Positions 7,713 to 14,411 of a stretch of 22,995 nt of DNA are shown in pieces. The stretch's first letter is position 1. The number at the start of each line of letters is the position of its first letter. The notes beneath the pieces are model-generated. The model had not been told where the DNA came from. It searched no databases and saw only the letters and a list, made by a program, of their open reading frames with translations. Source of the stretch: Longivirga aurantiaca. Lineage in GTDB: Bacteria > Actinomycetota > Actinomycetes > S36-B12 > CAIYMF01. The stretch covers positions 1-22,995 of the forward strand of contig NZ_JBHSTI010000029.1 of the NCBI RefSeq assembly GCF_042660085.1. The letters are read 5' to 3'. Both the position numbers and the translations under genes were made by a program.

Positions 7713-8881
7713 AGGCCGGCCTCGCCGCCGCAGCGGCCACCGCCCTCGCCGCGCCCGTCCTCGCAGTCCTCGCAGTCCTCGGCGCAGCCGGCACCGCGCT
7801 CGCCTGCCTCACCGCCCCCGGACCCGCCCTAGCCGACACCGCACCGGTCCCGGCCCCGGCGCGGGTATGGATCGCGGCCGTGCAGAACGCCTGCCTCCAG
7901 TTGCCGCAGCCCTGGATCGCGGCCGTCATGGCCGCCGACTCCGGCTTCGACCCGGCCCATGCCGGCCCGCGCGGCCGCGGCCTGATCGCCGTGACCGAGC
8001 CGGACTGGGTCGCCGTCCACGGCGCCGGCTGGAACGTGGACCTCGACGGCGACGGCCTGCCCGATGACTCCGACCCGTTCACCGTCGCCCATGTCGCCGG
8101 GCGGATGCTGTGCCAGCTCCTCGACGACCTCGACCAGCCCCAGGGCACGCCGCTGTCTGGGCCGCGTCGCCTGTCGTGGCTGGACACGCTCGCCCTCGCG
8201 CACCATTCCGGGCCGGCTGCCGTCGCGACCTACCCGCGGATCGACAACTCCGCCAAGACGTACCTCGAACGCGTCCACGCCGACGCCGTCGCCTGGACCA
8301 GCACTACACCCACTGCCACCACCGCCGGGAGCGCCACCGGTGCCCCATCGCAAGAGGCGCCTTCGGCCCACGTGGACGGCGCCTGCGCGTCCAGCCTCGC
8401 CGGCACCGGGACCGTCGTCGTCCCACCCGGCACCCCCACCGACGTGGCAGGCGCAGTCGCCGCCGCGCTTAACCTCGTCGGTGCCCGCTCCGGCTGGTAC
8501 AACCGCTGCGACCGGCTCGCCTGCCGCGCCTACGGCTACGCCAACTCCGGCTACGAGTCCGCCTCCGTGCACTGGACCCGCATGCTCGCCACCGGGCATG
8601 CCCGCCCCGGCGACCGCTGCCCTCCGCTCGGCGCGTTCGTGTACTGGGCCACCGGCGGCCCCGCCGGGCACATCGCCCTCGTCGTGCAGGCGGACCCCGC
8701 CTGCGACCCCGCACGGATCAAGGTCGTCACCAACGACGCCCTCGACCACGCCACCGGATTCACCGGCGGGGTCTACCTCGTCACGCTCGCCCAGATCGAG
8801 ACCGGATTCATGTCCCGCAGCGGGTACCGCGGATGGTCCGACCCCGTCTGCGCTGGCGCCTTACAGGCAGGCGCGGCATGA
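7709..8881 (+). CDS. Secreted two-domain cell-wall hydrolase (VirB1 functional analogue): SLT-like lytic transglycosylase region plus C-terminal NlpC/P60- or CHAP-like Cys/His peptidase
   Basis: GTG 7709 overlaps stop TGA 7710-7712. Signal peptide is KAGLAAAAATALAAPVLAVLAVLGAAGTALA. The SLT-like stretch is WIAAVMAADSGFDPAHAGPRGRGLIAV. The C-terminal part is NRCDRLACRAYGY...PPLGAFVYWATGGPAGHIALV. Confidence 0.78.
   Translation: MKAGLAAAAATALAAPVLAVLAVLGAAGTALACLTAPGPALADTAPVPAPARVWIAAVQNACLQLPQPWIAAVMAADSGFDPAHAGPRGRGLIAVTEPDWVAVHGAGWNVDLDGDGLPDDSDPFTVAHVAGRMLCQLLDDLDQPQGTPLSGPRRLSWLDTLALAHHSGPAAVATYPRIDNSAKTYLERVHADAVAWTSTTPTATTAGSATGAPSQEAPSAHVDGACASSLAGTGTVVVPPGTPTDVAGAVAAALNLVGARSGWYNRCDRLACRAYGYANSGYESASVHWTRMLATGHARPGDRCPPLGAFVYWATGGPAGHIALVVQADPACDPARIKVVTNDALDHATGFTGGVYLVTLAQIETGFMSRSGYRGWSDPVCAGALQAGAA
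7757..7783. repeat. 9-bp tandem repeat gtcctcgca, two perfect copies plus one degenerate copy, inside the hydrolase signal peptide
   Basis: Read directly: gtcctcgca gtcctcgca gtcctcggc, encoding VLAVLAVLG. Confidence 0.8.
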
Positions 8882-9846
8882 CCAGCGCCGACGACACCGC
8901 CGCCCGCGGTCAGCGACGCCGCGACCAGCTCACAGACATCCACGAGCGGCTCACCGCCGCAGTCGCCGACCTCGCCAGCAGCGACGCCTGGCAGCACATG
9001 CTCCGCATCGCAGCACACATGCCCTCGTACAGCCTCAACAACATCCTCCTGGTCGCCGTCCAGCGACCCGACGCCACCGCCGTCGCCGGGTACCGAGCCT
9101 GGCGCACCGCCGGACGCCAGGTCCGCAAGGGAGAGAAGGGCATCGCGATCCTCGCCCCCTGCCTCTACAAGCCCGACCAAGCGCAGGCCGAGCCCGTCGA
9201 CCGGACCACGGCGGAGGTCGAGCCAGGTGCAGGTGCGCCGCAGGTGCTGCGCGGGTTCCGGGTCGTCCACGTCTTCGACCTCAGCCAGACCGACGGCCCC
9301 GACCTCCCCGACGACCCGCACCTGCTCACCGGACCAGCACCCGACGACCTGTGGGAGCGTCTCGCCCAACTCGTGCACGACGACGGGTTCACCCTCGAAC
9401 GCGGCGACTGCCACAGCGCCAACGGTTACACCGACTACCGCAACCGGATCCTCCGCGTCCGCGACGACGTAGAGGCCGCCCAAGCGGTCAAGACGCTCGC
9501 CCACGAACTCGGGCACATCCGCGCCGACCACGAGAACCGCTTCGCCGACCAGTACCGCACCTCGCCCCGCTGCCGAGGACAGGCCGAGATCGAAGCCGAA
9601 TCCATCGCCCACCTCGTCACCAACTCAGCCGGCCTCGACACCCGCGCCTACTCCGTCCCCTACCTCACGGGATGGTCCGGCAACGATCCGACCGCGCTGA
9701 GGGCCGCCGCTGCGCGGGTGCTCGACGTGGCCGCACGCATCAGCGAGCAGCTCGACGGTCAGGGACCTGCAGCACAGGTCGTCGCATTCGCGGCGGCGGA
9801 GAGACGCCCCGCTGCCCAGCGCCCGCTGCGCGCCATCGCGCCTTGA
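8878..9846 (+). CDS. ardC: ArdC-like anti-restriction protein (N-terminal ssDNA-binding domain plus C-terminal HExxH metalloprotease)
   Basis: ATG 8878 overlaps stop TGA 8879-8881. YSLNNILLVAVQRPDATAVAGYRAWRTAGRQVRKGEKGIAILAP matches the ArdC/DUF1738 N-domain pattern. LAHELGHIRADH is the zinc-protease motif. Confidence 0.85.
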   Translation: MTSADDTAARGQRRRDQLTDIHERLTAAVADLASSDAWQHMLRIAAHMPSYSLNNILLVAVQRPDATAVAGYRAWRTAGRQVRKGEKGIAILAPCLYKPDQAQAEPVDRTTAEVEPGAGAPQVLRGFRVVHVFDLSQTDGPDLPDDPHLLTGPAPDDLWERLAQLVHDDGFTLERGDCHSANGYTDYRNRILRVRDDVEAAQAVKTLAHELGHIRADHENRFADQYRTSPRCRGQAEIEAESIAHLVTNSAGLDTRAYSVPYLTGWSGNDPTALRAAAARVLDVAARISEQLDGQGPAAQVVAFAAAERRPAAQRPLRAIAP

Positions 9847-9849
9847 CCC

Positions 9850-9871
9850 GGCACGGGTGCAAGCCCCTGCC
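9850..9871 (+). terminator. Imperfect GC hairpin immediately after the ardC-like stop, a possible operon terminator
   Basis: ggcacggg (9850-9857), loop tgcaag, cccctgcc (9864-9871). This gives 7 of 8 pairs and no T-tract, which is common in high-GC actinobacteria. Confidence 0.3.
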
Positions 9872-9917
9872 GTGACGCACTCCCGGGAGCTGTCCGACCC
9901 GACCGGCATGCTGAGCT

Positions 9918-10187
9918 ATGCCGCACAGGACCGTCCTCGTCGAACCCGCGACGCCTCGAAGCCTCGCCCTCGTCTCGGACGCCCTGCGTGCCGAGGGGCT
10001 CGAGGTCAGCGGGTCCGGATACTCCGAGGAACGGCGGGATCTCACGACCGCGGTGGAACTCGTCGGCGCCTACCGGATGGCCAAAGCGACCGACAAGGTT
10101 GTGGACCGCGGGCTCGACGAGGCGATCGACCGTGTAGCTGCCGCGGTGAAGGCCGCGTGGTCGATCACCGTGCGACGCAGGGACTGA
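9918..10187 (+). CDS. Hypothetical 89-aa protein
   Basis: ATG start. First codon positions are G-rich, third positions are G/C-rich, and the sequence looks like a plausible globular protein (…LDEAIDRVAAAVKAAWSITV). No motif recognised. Confidence 0.4.
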   Translation: MPHRTVLVEPATPRSLALVSDALRAEGLEVSGSGYSEERRDLTTAVELVGAYRMAKATDKVVDRGLDEAIDRVAAAVKAAWSITVRRRD

Positions 10188-10396
10188 CGCTCCCAGCGCT
10201 GTCGTTCTTCCCGATCCGGCTGGGCGCCTGACCCCGTCCATTCGGTCTTGCTGGCCTTGCGGCTGGTCGATCGGCGCTCCGATTGCTGCCGGGGCCCACC
10301 GCGGATGGCGGAGTGCGTCGTGATGTACGCCAGCGTGCCGACGTCGAACCGTGCCATGCTCCACGCCATCAACCACGGGCGCGAGGATGGACATCG

Positions 10397-10612
10397 ATGA
10401 CGTACGAGCCGAACGAGGTGCGTGCGTGGGCGCACGAGGCGGGCGAGCCGGTCGCTGAGCGGGGTCGCCTGTCGTACCAGGTCGTGACCGCCTACTTGAA
10501 GGCGAATCCGCAGGTCGCGCGCGAGCTCGCGTCCGAGCACGACGTCCCCGTCCCGAGCCGTGGCGCGGTGAGTCTCGCGGCGTGCGAGGAGATCGCGTTG
10601 CTGGTGCGCTGA
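10397..10612 (+). CDS. Lsr2-like DNA-binding-domain-only protein (71 aa)
   Basis: ATG 10397 has GAGGA at 10384-10388. PNEVRAWAHEAGEPVAERGRLSYQVVTAYLKA parallels the Lsr2 C-terminal domain (…[29 protein letters not shown]), including the RGR minor-groove motif. No N-terminal oligomerisation domain is present. The upstream part of ORF 10283..10612 has poor third-position GC. Confidence 0.72.
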   Translation: MTYEPNEVRAWAHEAGEPVAERGRLSYQVVTAYLKANPQVARELASEHDVPVPSRGAVSLAACEEIALLVR

Positions 10613-10646
10613 CCTGGGGTACGGAGAAGAGTACATAGCCCCTGGT

Positions 10647-10665
10647 CAGCCTGGTGTTCAGGCTG
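10647..10665 (+). terminator. Perfect 7-bp stem hairpin downstream of the Lsr2-like gene
   Basis: cagcctg (10647-10653), loop gtgtt, caggctg (10659-10665), 35 nt after the stop. Confidence 0.35.
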
Positions 10666-10823
10666 GGATAAGAACGCGGAATGCATGAATCGGTAACGCC
10701 ACCCGACCCCCCCCGCCCAGCCTGGCGCCAAGTACCGAGGGGGACAACGTGAGCGATTCGTCCGATTAGCCTGTTCTCAGTCCTGATGGCAAGCACCAGT
10801 GGGTTGGCGACCGATGGGTTGAG

Positions 10824-11012
10824 GTGCCCACGGGCCAAACGCGAAACCCTCGTAGTCGGATCCGGGCACTCCTCGGCGTGGCACTTCTCGCCTTAGTCCT
10901 CGTCGGCGTGGGCCTTGCCTATCTGAATGGACACCAGGGCCTGAAGCAGAGCGACGACGAGGCCCACCGCTTCTTTTGTGAGAAGTTCCCCGAGGACACT
11001 CCCGACTGCTAG
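10824..11012 (+). CDS. Hypothetical small single-TM protein (62 aa)
   Basis: GTG start with poor RBS spacing. A basic N-terminus is followed by ALLGVALLALVLVGVGLAYL. Codon style matches the low-GC cassette, and the gene is convergent with the RM gene. Confidence 0.3.
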   Translation: MPTGQTRNPRSRIRALLGVALLALVLVGVGLAYLNGHQGLKQSDDEAHRFFCEKFPEDTPDC

Positions 11013-11056
11013 CCGGTTACCGCTGCCGAGAGGCTCGACCCGCTGGTTCGACACGG

Positions 11057-13894
11057 CTAAAGCGGCGGTGCCATCAACTTGAAGTCGGACGTGTAAGCGC
11101 CTTCGAAGTCTGCCCCGCCGGGACGGCGCGCCACCCCTGGCTGCGAGGCCGCCGCGAGGTTGAGCGCAAGGAGTTGGGCCAACAGATCGTCACCACGGCT
11201 GAACCCGTACGCGTCTAGCACCGCCTCGTCGAGTTGGTCATGGAGGTCACGGAGAGCGGAACGCCCGGGAAGTCGCAGTGAGTCGTATTGCTCCCCGAGC
11301 GTTGAGCCCCGTGCGACGTACTCCTCGCGCAAGCTCAGCAGGTCGCTGACGATCGAGGCCACCCGTGCGACCTGCTCAGTGCCGGGGTTGGCTGGCCATG
11401 GGAACGTGTCCCAGACAGTCGTTGGTGTGTATCGCGGACGCGTTTCCAACCGCGAGCAGCGCTCGTCGAACCACGTGCGATGCAGGCTTGAAGACAGGAC
11501 CCCGAACGAGTAGTCGTCGTCGAATGCGAACACCTGCAGGGATGCATCCGGACGGATGCTGGAATCCACGAACTGATAGATGGATTTGCGGCCATCTGCT
11601 GCGACGATGGTGAGCGCGATGTACCGGGACAGGCCGGAGATGGCCTTCAGCATGTCGTCACGGCGATAGGCATGACGCCACCACGTGGACAGGAAGTTGG
11701 CGTGGTGCTTGTTTGTCTTCGATCGCGGATTCGCAGCGAGGACTTCTGCGTTCCGCGCCTCTTCCTTCGCGGCCGACTCCTCCCGCCCCGGGAGCACAGT
11801 TCGTGCGAGATGCGCCAACGCCCCGGGCGCTTTCGCTCGCGCCTCAGTCGCGTCTGTAAACGGAACATCAATGACGAAGTCGGTCGGACCGAGGGTGTGG
11901 ATCATCGGATCGCCGCTGATCATGGGGTGAATCACGGATCTTGAGAGTCCATCGGATCGAACAATGGCGAGCGCCTCTGCTCGAGTAAGCCGGAAGCCGG
12001 CCACGTTGCCGGTGGTCTGCCCCTGGAAGCACACCTTGGGACGCTGGTTGCTGCCCAAGGGCAGCGCAGTGGCTACATCGGTCGTCGGCTTGAGTGACGC
12101 CGGAATCTCTGCAACCGGGAGCCGCAACTCGCCCTCGTCCAGCCAAAGCACCCGCTCCTTGGGAGCGTACTGCTCGCCCTTCACCCAGTTCACGATTGAA
12201 ACGGTCACCGCCGCGTCCCCCGACCAGGGCTGCGAGGAGACCGCGTCAAAGATCACTCCTCCGTGGTCCACAACATAGTCAAGGGAAGCCTTCCTCGAAC
12301 TCGCGTCCCGGATCGCCTGTGTCGCGACCAGCCCAGCTCGTCCCCCCGATGGCAGAGCGTCGTGTGCCAAGGGGAACCAGTAGCAGACGAAATCCGAGAC
12401 TCCCCCGATACCGGGGTGCTCCTGGGCAAGCTTGGACGTGTACGGCGCACCAAGCTCTTCGACCATCTTGCGCCGACCCAAGTACGGAGGGTTTCCAACG
12501 ATCACATTTGCCTTAGGCCACGGCTCGAACAGGGCGTCCGCGTATCGAATCGTGTCGTCCAAGTTGTCCAGTGGCAACACCGGCTGATCGTCATCCAGTT
12601 CGTCGGCCGACAGCTTCTTGGCCAGCATCATCGTGACCTTTGCGACCTCGACGGCAAACCGGTTGTTGTCCAGCCCAAGGAAGTGATCCGGCGTCACGTA
12701 GGAGAGCGCAGCCTGACTCGCGATCTCGGCAGACTTCCTCCGTTCGTCGATGCGCAGCTTCGCTTCGGCCTCGAGCCGACGCATTTCTCGGTACGCCACA
12801 TACAGGAAGTTCCCTGACCCACAGGCGGGATCCAGGACTCGAAACGCCGCCATGTCGAGCAGCAGTTGCTCGTACTGCCCAATCGTCGACGCCGCTGAGA
12901 TCAGCTCGGTCCAAGGCTTGACGATCGTTGGAAGCACCACCTTCGCGATGTCCGCTTGAGAGGTGAAGTGGGCGCCATACGCGTGACGCTCGCCCTTATC
13001 CATCGAGGTCTCGAACAGCGTCCCGAAGATCTCCGGTCGAACCGCAGACCAGTTGGTCTGGGCAGCGCCGCGTAGCTCCCCGAGCTCGCCATTCGTGAGC
13101 TCTACCGGTTCGATGCTGCGGAACAGGCCACCGTTGAAGTAGGGGGTGCCGGCGTACCGCCCGCCGGCGGTCCGACCCGGTGCATTCATCTCCCGGAAGA
13201 GTCCACCGAGCAGGTCGTAGGCGTCCGCCCCTGTTCGTGCGTCGTCCAGCCCACGGGTGAAGTACTTGTCCGGTAGCAGGCCGATGTCCTCGCTGAACAT
13301 CGCCACCACCGACTGAAGGACGAACCGCTGCGCGACGACTCGGTCGATACCTCGGTCATAGAGAGAGCGGAACACTCCCGAAACCTGTGCGGCCGCCGAC
13401 CGTGTCACTGCAACAAGATCGTTCCCGAAGAGTGGCGCTTGCTCAATCGGCAACATGAACGCCAGCGCCGCATAGCGCTCAGGCAGGTCCGCCAGCTTCA
13501 CGACGTCGACTGGCGCGTCGAGTTGCTGATCAAAGTCATAGATCCACAGCTCATCGAAATTGCACAGAATCACGTAGCGGGGTCGATCCGGCACCGCCTC
13601 GATCCAGTACTGAAACGCTTGCCGGTAGTGGCGTGTGAGGTCCGTTCCTGACTTCTTCATCTCGATTAGGCAGCGCGGCTTCCACATCAGATCGGCATAC
13701 GACACCCCCTTGAAGTCCAATCGGTGGATGCGCGCCTCGAGAGTCGCCCCAGCTTCGCGGACCCCGCCGTGGCCAAAAGCCTGAAATAGCCGCTCGAGGT
13801 AGATCGCAGCCTCGCCCTTCTCGTCCCCCTTGAGGTGCTCCTTGCGCCAGGCGACGAAACTGGCAAGGGACTCGCGAATCGGGCGAGGATCCAT
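11057..13894 (-). CDS. MmeI-family type IIL (IIG) single-chain restriction-modification enzyme: nuclease, N6-adenine methyltransferase and TRD
   Basis: Collinear with MmeI as I recall it. N-terminal PD-ExK is ADLMWKPRCLIEMKK...RYVILCNFDELWIYDF (about 13653-13693). SAM motif I is VLDPACGSGNFLY (about 12803-12838). Motif IV is VIVGNPPYLGRRK (NPPY about 12483-12494). AHFTSQADI and the C-terminal WDTFPWP are also present. The preferred start is ATG 13894, with GGAG 9 nt upstream. The ORF-track start 13939 is a TTG. Confidence 0.9.
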   Translation of the reverse strand: MDPRPIRESLASFVAWRKEHLKGDEKGEAAIYLERLFQAFGHGGVREAGATLEARIHRLDFKGVSYADLMWKPRCLIEMKKSGTDLTRHYRQAFQYWIEAVPDRPRYVILCNFDELWIYDFDQQLDAPVDVVKLADLPERYAALAFMLPIEQAPLFGNDLVAVTRSAAAQVSGVFRSLYDRGIDRVVAQRFVLQSVVAMFSEDIGLLPDKYFTRGLDDARTGADAYDLLGGLFREMNAPGRTAGGRYAGTPYFNGGLFRSIEPVELTNGELGELRGAAQTNWSAVRPEIFGTLFETSMDKGERHAYGAHFTSQADIAKVVLPTIVKPWTELISAASTIGQYEQLLLDMAAFRVLDPACGSGNFLYVAYREMRRLEAEAKLRIDERRKSAEIASQAALSYVTPDHFLGLDNNRFAVEVAKVTMMLAKKLSADELDDDQPVLPLDNLDDTIRYADALFEPWPKANVIVGNPPYLGRRKMVEELGAPYTSKLAQEHPGIGGVSDFVCYWFPLAHDALPSGGRAGLVATQAIRDASSRKASLDYVVDHGGVIFDAVSSQPWSGDAAVTVSIVNWVKGEQYAPKERVLWLDEGELRLPVAEIPASLKPTTDVATALPLGSNQRPKVCFQGQTTGNVAGFRLTRAEALAIVRSDGLSRSVIHPMISGDPMIHTLGPTDFVIDVPFTDATEARAKAPGALAHLARTVLPGREESAAKEEARNAEVLAANPRSKTNKHHANFLSTWWRHAYRRDDMLKAISGLSRYIALTIVAADGRKSIYQFVDSSIRPDASLQVFAFDDDYSFGVLSSSLHRTWFDERCSRLETRPRYTPTTVWDTFPWPANPGTEQVARVASIVSDLLSLREEYVARGSTLGEQYDSLRLPGRSALRDLHDQLDEAVLDAYGFSRGDDLLAQLLALNLAAASQPGVARRPGGADFEGAYTSDFKLMAPPL

Positions 13895-14411
13895 ACCGGG
13901 TGTCTCCGATGGAATCGGTCGTGAAGGTCGGTGGGTCAAGCCAGTGCGCCGATCGGCTCTAACATCCCGAGCCTACCGAGTGACCTCGAGCCAGCAGGGC
14001 GATCCCGGGGTCGGCGAGTCGGGACGGATGTCCATTCTGATCGGCGGCGCAAATCGACACGTGTCCAGATTCCTCATACGTAGCAAGGGAATCCGGGTTT
14101 GTGTTTCACGCCACGACGAGTAGTCTCCTCAGTAGATAGATCGTTGCGGAGGCCCACTGAGGCAGCATGTCCGCGAGCCGCTTACCGGCTCGTGTGGATG
14201 GCGGCCGGAGGCTCTGGATGGGTGGACGGGGACGTCACCAGATCCACGCGGTCACCAGCTGCCTGGAGCCCTCCGTGACGGTCCGACGACTCGGGCGCGA
14301 ACAGAACATCAAGCGGTTCGACAAGCCGCCGGGACGGTTCGCCCTCGCCAGCGGCGTGAGCTCACCCGGCGCGATCAGCCCGACCAAGCGCCGCATACGG
14401 CGGGCCGCACC

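Larger units (their letters stand above)
10613..14160. other. Lower-GC cargo cassette carrying the RM gene (approximate limits)
   Basis: By eye, A/T-ending codons and A/T-rich intergenic stretches are frequent here (e.g. ggagaagagtacatag, gataagaacgcggaatgcatgaatcgg, cattctgatc, gtagatagatcg). In the flanking transfer genes third positions are almost always G/C. Confidence 0.6.

Noticed and set aside
8064-9875. 603-aa + ORF overlapping the hydrolase and ArdC-like genes
   Set aside because: This is an alternative frame of two genes with clear domains, and its product is low-complexity Pro/Arg/Thr/Ser-rich.
10707-10714. C8 homopolymer tract as a phase-variation switch for the RM system
   Set aside because: It lies about 350 bp beyond the 3' end of the RM gene and more than 100 bp upstream of only a weakly supported small ORF. 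It is not inside or at the promoter of any supported gene.
11040-11056. GGTTCGA T-loop-like strings (also at about 267-275) as tRNA genes or tRNA-derived att sites
   Set aside because: The flanking bases do not form a T-stem or any cloverleaf. One copy lies inside a coding region, and no matching direct repeat was found elsewhere in the window.
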